A stretch of 28,777 bases of DNA from a virus (Duplodnaviria > Caudoviricetes), in the IMG/VR virus record IMGVR_UViG_3300046714_000423, positions 1-28,777 of that record, one strand, 5' to 3'. Below, in pieces: positions 17,011 to 25,798 of the stretch. Made by a program: the position numbers and the translations under genes. How positions within the stretch are numbered: the stretch's first letter is position 1; each line of letters opens with the position of its first letter. The notes under the pieces were generated by a model. It saw only the letters and a list, made by a program, of their open reading frames with translations. It was not told the origin of the DNA and searched no databases.

Positions 17011-18994
17011 TGGCGGCGGCTCCGAGGCTCACGACCAACGGCAGGTCCGCCTCGATTTTGTGGGACGCCTTCCGGGTGGCCACGCAGAGCGCGACCTTGT
17101 CGGCGTCCGCCTGCGAGATAATGCTGCGGCCCTCGCCGACGGCGATTTCAGTGAAGCCCTGGTTTTCAACCGCGGTTGAAATGCTCGAAGTGAACTCGAG
17201 AACGTCGTGCGACAGGTCTTCTTGCGCCTGGGCGGTGTTGTCGGCCTCAGAAGCCGCCCCGTCAAAGCGGACCACGTTTTCCTCGGTCTCGTTCTCGCAG
17301 TTGTCGGTCCGGAGGAGGTTGTCGCGGGACATCATCGGCTCATAGACCATTTTCACGGCGTCCACGGCGCACGGACCGCTGCCCGCGACGAGAACCTGGA
17401 AGGCTTCGTCGAAGAATTCGCCCCACGGGGATTCGATGCCGCAGGAACTTTCGGTCTGGTTCTCGATGAGGTCCTTCGCGTCTTCGGTGCGGATGATTCG
17501 CGACTGTTTCTTGAACCCGAAAATCGTCGTGTTCATGTCGATGACCATGTCAGGGCGGAAGCAGCCCTCGGTGGCCTTGAGGCGCTGAGAAAAGATTCGC
17601 TTGTATTTCCCGCGGCGCGCGCCCGCCCAGAAAACTCCGACGTCCACGTCGCCCATCATTTCGGACAGGTAGATGTCCGCGTAGCGGAAGTTTTTTCGAC
17701 GCAGCACGTCGCTCGGGGGCCCGAAGTAGCCGCGGGTCTCGAACCACCAGGAAATCGGGCAGGACTCGTCGCGGCGGTCGGGGTAAAAGGCCTCCCACAG
17801 CCGGTTGACGCCGTCGTAATCGGGCGAGATGAAGAACATTCGCTCGCGACCGTGGACCTCGATGTTCAGCCACTCCACCGGGCGCGTGCCGGTCCAAAAG
17901 CTGTTCCACGTCGGGGGCAGGTCCTCCTGATAGTTCTGACGGACCGCGTTGTCCATGACCCAGGTGTGCCGGTTGAAAATGTCGCCGTAAGGAACGCTCA
18001 GGAGGATGTAGTTTTCGAACGTGCCCGCCGCGACGCCCGAGAGGTCCTCAGACAGCCGGGACTTGCTCTCCATCATTTCCGAGTCGCGATAAGGCAGCTT
18101 GCTCGTCAGCTTCGCGTGTTCCGCGGAGTCGAGGGAGCAGAGGCCGAAAGACGAGAACCACCAGAGCATCCCCTGCTGGTCGATGACGGACCGCTGGCTT
18201 TTGCAGCCGATGTTCGGGAAAATCTCCTGCTGCATGTTCGGCGTGATGGGCCACTGCGTGCGGTCCCGGATGCCCGCCTGGATGAGCGTCGTTTCGTTGT
18301 CCGTGAAGACAATGAGCTGCGCGAACTCCACCGTCGGGTTGCGCGCGAGTGCGGTAATCTCGGAGGGCAGCACGAAAGAGCGGACGGTCGCGAGATAAAC
18401 ATCTTCGATGAACGAGATGGGGTTGTTGATGTCGGACGCGAAAAGTTCCGCGCCGCGAGCGACCCAGAGCCGGTCGCCGACCCAACGCATGGGCCCGCCC
18501 ATCGGGATTGCGCCCGTGCCACGCGATTGCGTGACGCGCGTGCCGTCGTAGTAGGCGGGAACCGTGAACGCGCCGTCCTGAATGATGAGCAGGTTCCGCG
18601 GGTTGATGAGCGTAAGGCTGCCGTCGGCGTTCGCTTCGATGGACTGCTCCACGAGTGCGAAGAAGGCCTGCCGCGCGGAGGGCGAGAACGTGACGTCGGT
18701 GAGCAGCCGGGAGTCGTGGAAAGGCGGGTCTGAGACGTAGAGCCGTCCGCTCACCATGAAGATGAGCTGTTCCGACCCGACCTTGGGTTTGAATTTCGAG
18801 AAGCCCTGGAGACGACCGTCGGCCAGAGCCGTGAGGCACCGGTAGCCGGGCCGACACTGGACGATGCCCCCGCGGTTGACGATATTCTCGCCGCGCGCGT
18901 ATTTTCCGGGCGGCAGCTTGATAGGGTGGCTGTTGGAATCCATGCCCACCTCAAACGATACGTCCCCATCCTCTAGGAAATTTGCGGAAGCCAT
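16997..18994 (-). CDS. Tail nozzle / tubular protein B-like (packaged-DNA stabilisation gp10-like), 665 aa
   Basis: Beta-propeller-like pattern (DRLWVA, LFASD, IGCKSQRSV, MLWWFS). Size and position after the adaptor gene fit. Confidence 0.7.
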   Translation of the reverse strand: MASANFLEDGDVSFEVGMDSNSHPIKLPPGKYARGENIVNRGGIVQCRPGYRCLTALADGRLQGFSKFKPKVGSEQLIFMVSGRLYVSDPPFHDSRLLTDVTFSPSARQAFFALVEQSIEANADGSLTLINPRNLLIIQDGAFTVPAYYDGTRVTQSRGTGAIPMGGPMRWVGDRLWVARGAELFASDINNPISFIEDVYLATVRSFVLPSEITALARNPTVEFAQLIVFTDNETTLIQAGIRDRTQWPITPNMQQEIFPNIGCKSQRSVIDQQGMLWWFSSFGLCSLDSAEHAKLTSKLPYRDSEMMESKSRLSEDLSGVAAGTFENYILLSVPYGDIFNRHTWVMDNAVRQNYQEDLPPTWNSFWTGTRPVEWLNIEVHGRERMFFISPDYDGVNRLWEAFYPDRRDESCPISWWFETRGYFGPPSDVLRRKNFRYADIYLSEMMGDVDVGVFWAGARRGKYKRIFSQRLKATEGCFRPDMVIDMNTTIFGFKKQSRIIRTEDAKDLIENQTESSCGIESPWGEFFDEAFQVLVAGSGPCAVDAVKMVYEPMMSRDNLLRTDNCENETEENVVRFDGAASEADNTAQAQEDLSHDVLEFTSSISTAVENQGFTEIAVGEGRSIISQADADKVALCVATRKASHKIEADLPLVVSLGAAANEQP

Positions 18995-19527
18995 TTGTCT
19001 CCCTTCTCCAGGTTCTCTCTTGCAAAGAGGGGTTGATAGTTGTCCCAGCGGAAGCAGATTTTCTGCTGCTCCGGGTCGGAGAGGTCAAAACTCGCGCAGG
19101 GACGAACGTGGTCGAGGTGCCACACAGGACCGTGGTTCTCCCACGTCATTCCGGGTCGGAATTGACCGTGGACGTAAATCTGGAACTCGTCTAGATTCAT
19201 ATCTAGGAGTCGGAGCGCAGAGGAACCCTTCCATCCGTTCTTGAGTGTGTCATACAGGCGGTTTCGGAGGGTCCTCGCCAGCTTATAGCTGGGGTCCGAA
19301 TCCCGGCGGGCCTTGTCATACGCCAAATTATAAGCCTTCACCCGGGCCCAATTCCTAACCACATACCCCCGCTTGGTTGACTTTACGGTCTCCGGATTTG
19401 CCTTGGCGTGCCGTAAACTAATTTCGTTCCGGACCAGTTTTCGGCAGGCGGCGCAATACTTTGGAACCTGCCCAGAAGGACAGGGTCGGAGGAAGGAGCA
19501 ACTGCACTTTTTGCATAAACAGTTCAT
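18973..19527 (-). CDS. Free-standing HNH endonuclease (184 aa)
   Basis: CKKC...CAAC N-terminus and MTWENHG..WHLDHVRPCASFDL...NYQPLFARENLEK. Low GC. ATG at 19527. Confidence 0.85.
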   Translation of the reverse strand: MNCLCKKCSCSFLRPCPSGQVPKYCAACRKLVRNEISLRHAKANPETVKSTKRGYVVRNWARVKAYNLAYDKARRDSDPSYKLARTLRNRLYDTLKNGWKGSSALRLLDMNLDEFQIYVHGQFRPGMTWENHGPVWHLDHVRPCASFDLSDPEQQKICFRWDNYQPLFARENLEKGDKWLPQIS

Positions 19528-19549
19528 CTTGAATTGTGCCACACAACGC

Positions 19550-20509
19550 TCACTCAATCCAATCAAAGCCCTCGTTCTTCACACTGTTGCGGTCTTGAAC
19601 TTGGATTGGTGTCAACGCGGGTCCCTCGAGGCTCGACTCCTTCTCCGTCAGGATTCGCACCGCGTGCGCTTCGTAGGTCGTCGCATTGGAGATGTCTGTG
19701 TCGTCGTAAAACCGCACGGCGCGCATCGCGAGAACAAGCGCAAGGCGACTGTTCATGTTGATGCGGTCGTATTGGCTGAAAAGCCGGTAGCTGCTCTTCC
19801 GGTAGCAGATGCGGACCCAGCACGCGTTCCGCCAGAGTTTGATTCGTCGATACATCGGTTTCGTCTCGTTGGGTTCGAAGATTCCGAGGAGCGTGCCGGT
19901 CGTGCTGTTGACGGTGGCCGAGTTGTCGAAGCTGGAAAGGCGCACGTCGCCGACGGTGTTCGCCTTGACGATTGCACTGATACGGCTGACGGTGGGCGCG
20001 TTTGCGTCTGGTAAAGCAAACCCAAAAACGGTGGGCACTAGGTAGCCGTCGGACCACACGCCGCCGACTTGCGTCCGGAGCGGCCGGTTCTGGTCGTCAT
20101 GGCCGAACACGCGCAGCTCTTTTCCCTCGTCCTCCTGGCTGTCCAGGTAGGCCACGAGTTTTCCGGGGCACGGCAGGTCCCGGTAGGTCGGGAACCGTCC
20201 GATGTCGGTCCAGGAGCGCCAGACGGTGACGAAATCTCCGGGGCCGTTCAGGTGAAAAGTATGCAGCGGGTTCCGGCCGATAGTCGGGTGGCCGTCCATG
20301 TTCAACGCGAGGATGGTCTCGACCTCGCGCGGGAGCGTGATGCACTGTGCGCCGTCCACGCAGATGTCCACGTAGCCGGTCAGCGCGTCGATTTCGCCTT
20401 TGCTGGCGAGAAGTTCGACGGCGTCACCGATTTTCTCGTAGAGCAACGTGTCGTCGCAGTGACGGAAAATCTTCTTGGCTTCGGACCAGATTTCTTTGAC
20501 GAGGAACAT
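19550..20509 (-). CDS. Probable head-tail adaptor / tail tubular protein A-like (319 aa)
   Basis: N-terminal helices, ITLPREVETIL strand, C-terminal helices (ALVLAMRA...AVRILTEK). Located upstream of the nozzle-like gene. Confidence 0.6.
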   Translation of the reverse strand: MFLVKEIWSEAKKIFRHCDDTLLYEKIGDAVELLASKGEIDALTGYVDICVDGAQCITLPREVETILALNMDGHPTIGRNPLHTFHLNGPGDFVTVWRSWTDIGRFPTYRDLPCPGKLVAYLDSQEDEGKELRVFGHDDQNRPLRTQVGGVWSDGYLVPTVFGFALPDANAPTVSRISAIVKANTVGDVRLSSFDNSATVNSTTGTLLGIFEPNETKPMYRRIKLWRNACWVRICYRKSSYRLFSQYDRINMNSRLALVLAMRAVRFYDDTDISNATTYEAHAVRILTEKESSLEGPALTPIQVQDRNSVKNEGFDWIE

Positions 20510-20829
20510 TATTTCTGTTCGCTGCGGTATTTGTCGAGGGTGTCACCGGCATGCTCTTCCTCCTCGTCCATCTCGCTCTCGACGTCGAGGATGGCGCGGA
20601 TTTCGAGTTCGACCGACTGCGATTTGCCGTCAGAGTTGGTTCGCGTGGTCTCGCTCTTCTTGACGAAGCGCACTTCCATCACGCCGGACTCGGGCAGGTC
20701 ATACTCGTCGTCCCAGTCGAGGAACAGGCACGGGTAGTATTTTTCCTTCTTGGAAGGCATGGTGGGCTCGGGCGCGGATATACTGATGCCGCCCATTGGT
20801 TTTCCTAAATCGATTGGATAGTCAGGCAT
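20509..20829 (-). CDS. Hypothetical acidic protein (106 aa)
   Basis: ATG at 20829 (MPDYPIDLGK), 4 nt after the upstream stop. TAATG overlap with the next gene. Confidence 0.7.
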   Translation of the reverse strand: MPDYPIDLGKPMGGISISAPEPTMPSKKEKYYPCLFLDWDDEYDLPESGVMEVRFVKKSETTRTNSDGKSQSVELEIRAILDVESEMDEEEEHAGDTLDKYRSEQK

Positions 20830-20833
20830 AAAA

Positions 20834-21160
20834 TTACCAGGAGATGGTGGCGACGCCATTCGATACGGAAACAGCGTAGCCGAGTGAGATGAGATACGTC
20901 CGCACCTGTGTGAGCAACGGGCCCAGCTCTGCGCGGTCTGCGGGTGAAATCTGGAGAGTGTCCAGAGAAATCGTGATTGAGGTGGGCGCGGAGGGGTCGC
21001 GCAGCAAAACGCGTCCGAATTCTTCCGTGACGGTCCGCAGAACTCCGAGCAAGAAGTTTCTCGCGACCTCGGGTTTGCTGGAGCCCTGAACAGCGGTGAG
21101 AAGGACACGCTTGGCGTCCATCTTCACTTTGAATTCCGCGGCCGAAAGTATGTTGTCCAT
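20834..21160 (-). CDS. Hypothetical phage protein (108 aa)
   Basis: Fills the gap exactly. Ends L..LGY.V......ISW, a pattern common in small phage proteins. Confidence 0.7.
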   Translation of the reverse strand: MDNILSAAEFKVKMDAKRVLLTAVQGSSKPEVARNFLLGVLRTVTEEFGRVLLRDPSAPTSITISLDTLQISPADRAELGPLLTQVRTYLISLGYAVSVSNGVATISW

Positions 21161-21163
21161 AGG

Positions 21164-22384
21164 CTAGTAAACTTTTCGGATTCCGATGGCCGCAATCTCC
21201 ATGAGGTGCGACGTGTCGTTCCAGTTGATGTTGACGGCGTCGAAAACTCCGGTGCTCTCGTCGAACGAGAAAGAGTTAGTGTTCGTGGCGGCGGGTGCCG
21301 TCGTGGCCCCGGTGATGGTGGCCCACGAAGTCTGCGAACCCACGGTGGAGGTGGCCTCGGAGTTCAGGAGGTCCAGGATTTCGTGCTTGGACGCGGAAAA
21401 GTTAATCCGGTCCACGTTGGTCGAGCGCATCGCGTTCGCATACGTGACCGCGGTCGCTGTGGTGGCCGCGACGGGGCGAGAGAACTCCAGCAAGAGCAAA
21501 GACCGGTAGGCCTCCGTGCGGGAATGACGGCGACCATCAGACCCCGAGCCGCCGCCTTGGTCCGTCGTGGTATTCACGCGTCGAGTAGCCCAGCGCGTGG
21601 AGACGCTCTGCAAATAGGAGTTCAACGCCGTCTCGGCGGTGTCGGTCCAGGTCGTGGGGCTGGCGGGGTCGTAAAAAACCCCGATGAAGTTGTCGCAGTT
21701 CGCGGAATTGAACCCGCGGAAGTTCGCGCTGTTGCAAAGACCGATTGCGCCATCCGCCGTGAAGTTTCCGGAGCCGGTGAATCGCCAAAGGATTGCGATT
21801 TGGATGCGGTGCCACTCGCTTCCGAAGTAAAATTTCCGGATGTATTCACCGTTGTTGAGCGAGAGTCGGTTTTCCGTTTTGCTGTTCGCGATGGTGCGGG
21901 ACACAATCGTGCCGTTCGTAATTTGTCCGTCTCCACTCCAGCCCACGCCCTTGTTGGGGGTGGCGAGTGCGCCCGCGGCGTAGTCGTCGAAAAACTCGAG
22001 GCACCATCCGTCGTTCGTGGAAAAAGCGTCCGTCCCGTTTGCTCCGGTGGCTCCGGTGGCTCCGGTGGCTCCGGTGGCTCCCGTTGCGCCCGCGGGGCCG
22101 GGGGCTCCGTCGATACCTGGGGCTCCGTCCGCCCCGTTCGCCCCGTTCGCCCCGGGGGCACCGTTGGAACCGGCGGGACCAGCGGGACCGGGTGAGCCCG
22201 AGCCTGCGGGACCGGGCGGGCCCTCGATTCCTTGCGCGCCCGCGGGACCAACCGCGCCGACGTTGTGTGGCGCGATTTTCTTCGTGATGTAGGACCCGTC
22301 GTCCTGCAATTCGGCAATGAAAAGCCAGCCGCCGTTCGGTGAAACGGATTCTGTTGCCTCTACGTAATCTGAAACTTTGCTCAT
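21164..22384 (-). CDS. Collagen-containing fibre/spike protein with large C-terminal beta domain (406 aa)
   Basis: Short N-terminal anchor (MSKVSDY...TKKI), about 24 Gly-X-Y triplets, then a ~285-aa Thr/Ser/Trp-rich head. Confidence 0.8.
   Translation of the reverse strand: MSKVSDYVEATESVSPNGGWLFIAELQDDGSYITKKIAPHNVGAVGPAGAQGIEGPPGPAGSGSPGPAGPAGSNGAPGANGANGADGAPGIDGAPGPAGATGATGATGATGATGANGTDAFSTNDGWCLEFFDDYAAGALATPNKGVGWSGDGQITNGTIVSRTIANSKTENRLSLNNGEYIRKFYFGSEWHRIQIAILWRFTGSGNFTADGAIGLCNSANFRGFNSANCDNFIGVFYDPASPTTWTDTAETALNSYLQSVSTRWATRRVNTTTDQGGGSGSDGRRHSRTEAYRSLLLLEFSRPVAATTATAVTYANAMRSTNVDRINFSASKHEILDLLNSEATSTVGSQTSWATITGATTAPAATNTNSFSFDESTGVFDAVNINWNDTSHLMEIAAIGIRKVY
22041..22076. repeat. 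Perfect 9-bp tandem repeat (GCTCCGGTG)x4 within a collagen tract
   Basis: Directly visible. Encodes repeated Thr-Gly-Ala on the minus strand. Confidence 0.9.
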
Positions 22385-22629
22385 GTCGGGCAGTCCGGGT
22401 TTTCTTTCAAGTTGTCGTGGATGAAGCTCGCGTCTGCCTCATTTAGAATCGCGAACCCAGCCTCGTCCTGCAAAACCTCTTCACACGCCGTGCTAAAGGT
22501 TCGGCGCGGCAGTGTGCGCGGCACTTTGTCGAGTCGTTTGATGCCCGCCGCTTTCGGGCGGCAGCAATCTCCCAACTCGTGGTTCGGGTCGCGGATGACC
22601 GGGTTGTTGCCCCTATGACAGTTTGACAT
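22381..22629 (-). CDS. Small Cys-containing virion-associated protein (82 aa)
   Basis: Overlaps both neighbours. C-terminal [12 protein letters not shown] resembles the L-x-E-x-G-x-x-I-x-x-E motifs often found just upstream of fibre genes. Confidence 0.6.
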   Translation of the reverse strand: MSNCHRGNNPVIRDPNHELGDCCRPKAAGIKRLDKVPRTLPRRTFSTACEEVLQDEAGFAILNEADASFIHDNLKENPDCPT

Positions 22630-23776
22630 AGATGAGCGTCGAGTCCGTGACGTTGACGGTTTGCGTTGCCGTGGCCGCGGAGGAAATCGCGTAAATCTGA
22701 ATCACTTGATTGTCGGCCGAGGTTGTCACCAGCGCGCGGATGTGGACGTTGTCGAACTCGGGGTGCGTCTCGAAAATGTAGTTGACCTTGGAGTCTGGGA
22801 CGTCAAGGGCGGTCGAGTTGTTGAAAAAGCCGAGTGTCCACGCCTTCTTAGCCCCGGAACTCTGAAGGACGGTGAGAGACGCGTCGAGCAGATACGTGCC
22901 CGCGGTGGGCAGCGTCGCCTCGAGGTCGGTGCCTGCAAAAGTTACCTTGGCGTAGGACGCGGTCAGGTTGTAGTCGGCCCCGAGTCCGGTGATGGTCGTG
23001 TTCGCGTTCGTTGCGACGGCTCCGGCCGGTCCGGTTGCGCCGGTCGCGCCCATGCCGCCCGTGGCACCGGTCGGGCCCTGCGCGCCCGTGTCGCCCTTGG
23101 GGCCCTGGAGACCCTGCGGACCGACGATGGTCAGGCCGCGCGGGCCGGTCGGGAGCACCAAGGTTCCGGGCGGGATAACCGCGGACGGAGACGGGATGCT
23201 CTCGAGCAGCGTGGCGAAGACAATCGACGTCTGGAAAACTTCTGTGACCTGATACCAGCCGGAGCCGGGAATGAAGACGGTTTGGCCGACAGAAATCACC
23301 GGGCTGGGGATGATGCTGAACTGGGCCGACTGCCCGACGGCGGGCGGGTTAAAGGCTGACGTCGCGACGGTGTAGGCGTTGTGGCCGATGTCGCCCGTGT
23401 CGCCCTTATCGCCTTTCGGTCCGAGAAGACCCACGAGCCCGTCCTCGAACAGGCGCTTGAAATAACAGGCGAGGCCCTCGTCGGTTCCCTTGGGGTTGCC
23501 GGGGATTCCGATGTCCAGGTCGCAGGGCAGAACCCAGGTGACCTTTCCGTTGACCTCAGTTTTCGTCAGGGTCCCGTAGAACGAGCGGATGAAGTTCTCG
23601 AGCGCACTCGGCAAGGTCTCGCAGGCGGCGCTGTTCGCGTCGCAGTTCGTGTTGCACGGCGTGCAGGCCACCGAACAGTTGGAGACGTCAGTGCAGGTGT
23701 CGCCCTGGCAGTTTCCCGCCGGGCCACCTTGGCAACCGCCGTTGCAGGTCGAACTATTGCAGCTTTGACAGGACAT
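22613..23776 (-). CDS. Cys-rich, collagen-containing fibre protein with BclA-C/C1q-like head (387 aa)
   Basis: 11 Cys in the first 52 aa, two Gly-X-Y tracts, and a C-terminal beta sandwich with TLPTAGTYLL. Confidence 0.75.
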   Translation of the reverse strand: MSCQSCNSSTCNGGCQGGPAGNCQGDTCTDVSNCSVACTPCNTNCDANSAACETLPSALENFIRSFYGTLTKTEVNGKVTWVLPCDLDIGIPGNPKGTDEGLACYFKRLFEDGLVGLLGPKGDKGDTGDIGHNAYTVATSAFNPPAVGQSAQFSIIPSPVISVGQTVFIPGSGWYQVTEVFQTSIVFATLLESIPSPSAVIPPGTLVLPTGPRGLTIVGPQGLQGPKGDTGAQGPTGATGGMGATGATGPAGAVATNANTTITGLGADYNLTASYAKVTFAGTDLEATLPTAGTYLLDASLTVLQSSGAKKAWTLGFFNNSTALDVPDSKVNYIFETHPEFDNVHIRALVTTSADNQVIQIYAISSAATATQTVNVTDSTLIYVKLS

Positions 23777-24299
23777 TTTCTTTGAGGGTCTTCAGCTCCG
23801 CGTGAATTCCGCCGTGACGGTGCGCGAACCAGTAAAGGACCGCCGCGCCAGCCGCGACAGCGAGAATCAGGAGTTCATGGCCGACGACGAGGACCGGAAG
23901 GACAACCATCGCGAGGCCCGCGCCGGTAATCACCGCGCTGGTCGTCACGCTCCCGCCGACAAGCACTTTCAGGGGCGGATAAACGAAGGACGCGGCACCG
24001 AAAAGGAACAGCGCGATGCCGACCCACATGACGGGCCGGAGAGAGCCGAGCTTCGCCGCCATCTCGCGCGCAACGTCTTTCTGCGCGGCCCCGATTTTCG
24101 TGTGGACCTCTTCGGTCGTGACGCCACTCGGGTCTGTGACCCGCTTGTAGTCCTGCACCGTGTCGTTTTTCGGGTTCTGCGATTGCCGGACCTCGAGGAC
24201 CTTGCCGGTGTCGGTGGTGACGGACGCGCGGCCGGGCCGGAGGGGCATGGCGGTGCAGCCCGCGGTGAGGAGCAGAGCAAAAATGTAGAGGAGTTTCAT
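23754..24299 (-). CDS. Lipoprotein with C-terminal transmembrane helices, spanin-like (181 aa)
   Basis: MKLLYIFALLLTAGC is a signal peptide with lipobox. About 70 polar residues follow, then three hydrophobic segments and a basic tail. ATGA overlap with the holin-like gene. Confidence 0.65.
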   Translation of the reverse strand: MKLLYIFALLLTAGCTAMPLRPGRASVTTDTGKVLEVRQSQNPKNDTVQDYKRVTDPSGVTTEEVHTKIGAAQKDVAREMAAKLGSLRPVMWVGIALFLFGAASFVYPPLKVLVGGSVTTSAVITGAGLAMVVLPVLVVGHELLILAVAAGAAVLYWFAHRHGGIHAELKTLKENVLSKLQ

Positions 24300-24478
24300 C
24301 GGTTTTTCTTCCACTTCGAATAGACGTAGAGCGCCGAGCACACCGCGACCGCAATCTGTGCGGCGAGCAGGAGCACTTTCAGTAGTGGCTCGACGCCGTC
24401 CAGGAAAAGGTTGGCCCCGGGCGTCGCGACACCGAGGAAGGTGGCAAGTGAGACTTTGATGTTGTCGGGGAGGTCCAT
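24296..24478 (-). CDS. Holin-like small membrane protein (60 aa)
   Basis: One or two hydrophobic segments and a basic C-terminus (SKWKKNR). ATG at 24478. Confidence 0.55.
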   Translation of the reverse strand: MDLPDNIKVSLATFLGVATPGANLFLDGVEPLLKVLLLAAQIAVAVCSALYVYSKWKKNR

Positions 24479-24479
24479 T

Positions 24480-25511
24480 TTAGGAAAGTCGGACGGCGAC
24501 GATGGAGGCCTCGTCAACGCTGATAGTTCCCGCAGTGGGGAGCACGCTGATGTCTGCGAAAATCTGAATGGTGTCGGTTGCCACAGCCGTGGTGTAGAAC
24601 ACCTCCGGGAGTTCGATGACTGCGAGAGTGTTGGTGATGGTCGTCACGACCGGCACCGTCCAGGTTGTGGAAGAGTTCGAGACGTCCGCCGGAGTGTTGT
24701 TTGTGCGGCGAAGTTTAATCGTCAGCGTTCGGTTGGCCGCGAAGGTCGCTCCGTTCAAGGCTACCTTTACCTTCGCGCGAATGGCGTAGGTCCCCGCGGC
24801 GTTGAGCGTGATAATTGGGTCGGTGGTCCCGAAGTCAACTCCCGCAGATACCGCAGTGAGAGTATAAACGGTCCCGCCAGCATAAATCTGCTGGGTGTTG
24901 AAGTAGGAGGACCCCGCGATTTGAAGCGCTGCTCCGTTGCGGAGGTCAACCGCATCCACCGTGAGTCGGAGGCATTCAGTTGTGGTTCCGTTTTTTGTCG
25001 GGAGCACCCGCAGTTGTGACGTGCGCGTCGCGTGCGTGGCGTCGGACCACAGAGAGGTGAACCGGCACTGAAGCTGGCGACCGGTAGTGTCGGAGTCCGC
25101 CCGCATGTCGTAGGACACGCCGCAGTTAATCGCGGGGGTCCCCGACGTGGTGTCGTGGTAAACTTCAAACGCTGACGGTGACGTCCCGGTCCCAGTGTCT
25201 TCGATTCGGGCCCACATGAAGCCCGCCAGAAGACTCGCAAAGGCGGAGCCGTCCCCTTTCATCACGGAGAGTTCGGAAAAGCCAGCGCCCGAGTCTTTGA
25301 GGGCGGGATGGACAGCGCTCGCGGCCCCGAAAATGAGGCTGAGGCTGGCGGGCAGAGTCAGCGCTCCGGTCATCGTGTCGCCAGACTTGAAAACATAGCG
25401 GGCGTCCGCGGCTGCCTGGGTGATGCCGTTAACCGCACCGGAGTCAAGCGCCGCCGCGATTTTGAAAAGGAGGTTGTTGTCGGTGTCGCCGAGTCGAGGT
25501 GTGAGGTCCAT
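24480..25511 (-). CDS. Fibre protein, possibly a head fibre/decoration (343 aa)
   Basis: ADARYVFKSGDTMTGAL fibre motif, beta-rich shaft and a BclA-C/C1q-like head. N-terminal GDTDNNLLFKI motif. Confidence 0.75.
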   Translation of the reverse strand: MDLTPRLGDTDNNLLFKIAAALDSGAVNGITQAAADARYVFKSGDTMTGALTLPASLSLIFGAASAVHPALKDSGAGFSELSVMKGDGSAFASLLAGFMWARIEDTGTGTSPSAFEVYHDTTSGTPAINCGVSYDMRADSDTTGRQLQCRFTSLWSDATHATRTSQLRVLPTKNGTTTECLRLTVDAVDLRNGAALQIAGSSYFNTQQIYAGGTVYTLTAVSAGVDFGTTDPIITLNAAGTYAIRAKVKVALNGATFAANRTLTIKLRRTNNTPADVSNSSTTWTVPVVTTITNTLAVIELPEVFYTTAVATDTIQIFADISVLPTAGTISVDEASIVAVRLS

Positions 25512-25569
25512 GTTAGGTTCCGCTGAAAATGTGGGCGAGCTTGAAAAGGAGGTTGTTGTCCGTGTCGCC
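25462..25569. repeat. 29-bp direct repeat, 28/29 identical (25462-25490 and 25541-25569)
   Basis: TTGAAAAGGAGGTTGTTGTC[G/C]GTGTCGCC occurs twice, 79 bp apart. Both copies encode GDTDNNLLFK, in two different genes. Confidence 0.9.
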
Positions 25570-25677
25570 CGGCTTGGGCGGGTGCAGCGTAGAAAACTCG
25601 TCGTTCGCCATCTGGCAAATCTTCAAGAGCAGGACGTTATCCGTGTCGCCCCAAACGGGTGTCGGGTCAGAGAACAT
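25513..25677 (-). CDS. 54-aa two-repeat microprotein (not in ORF track)
   Basis: MFSDPTPVWGDTDNVLLLKICQMANDEFSTLHPPKPGDTDNNLLFKLAHIFSGT*. GAGGG lies upstream and the stop is 1 nt before the next ATG. Confidence 0.8.
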   Translation of the reverse strand: MFSDPTPVWGDTDNVLLLKICQMANDEFSTLHPPKPGDTDNNLLFKLAHIFSGT

Positions 25678-25686
25678 GTTCCCTCA

Positions 25687-25714
25687 ATAAGTCCGGCTTG
25701 TCGCGCGGCGTCAA
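25687..25714 (-). promoter_or_regulatory. Candidate promoter immediately after the terminator
   Basis: TTGACG (25714-25709), 16 nt, then ACTTAT(T). The -10 element is non-canonical. Confidence 0.4.
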
Positions 25715-25719
25715 CGAAC

Positions 25720-25752
25720 AAAAAGGGCTGCGGATTTGATGTCCGCAACCCT
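25720..25752 (-). terminator. Intrinsic terminator downstream of the capsid operon
   Basis: AGGGUUGCGGA-caucaaa-UCCGCAGCCCU 11-bp stem followed by a U tract. A second 10-bp hairpin lies just upstream (25764-25791). Confidence 0.8.
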
Positions 25753-25798
25753 CTCCTACGAACCGGCGTTGCTGCGTGCAAAGCAACACCGACAGTGA

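Noticed and set aside
18973-19566. HNH genes as group I intron-encoded ORFs splitting a structural gene
   Set aside because: Flanking genes have their own starts and stops, and there is no non-coding room for an intron core. The same applies to the other two nucleases.
20509-21108. Track starts giving longer N-termini (also 964, 429, 4855, 15642, 24341, 24517, 28376)
   Set aside because: The extensions overlap upstream genes out of frame. Downstream ATGs adjacent to upstream stops are more plausible.
25462-25660. Repeats with spacers resembling a mini CRISPR array
   Set aside because: Only two near-identical copies plus one degenerate copy, all in-frame protein-coding, and no cas genes.
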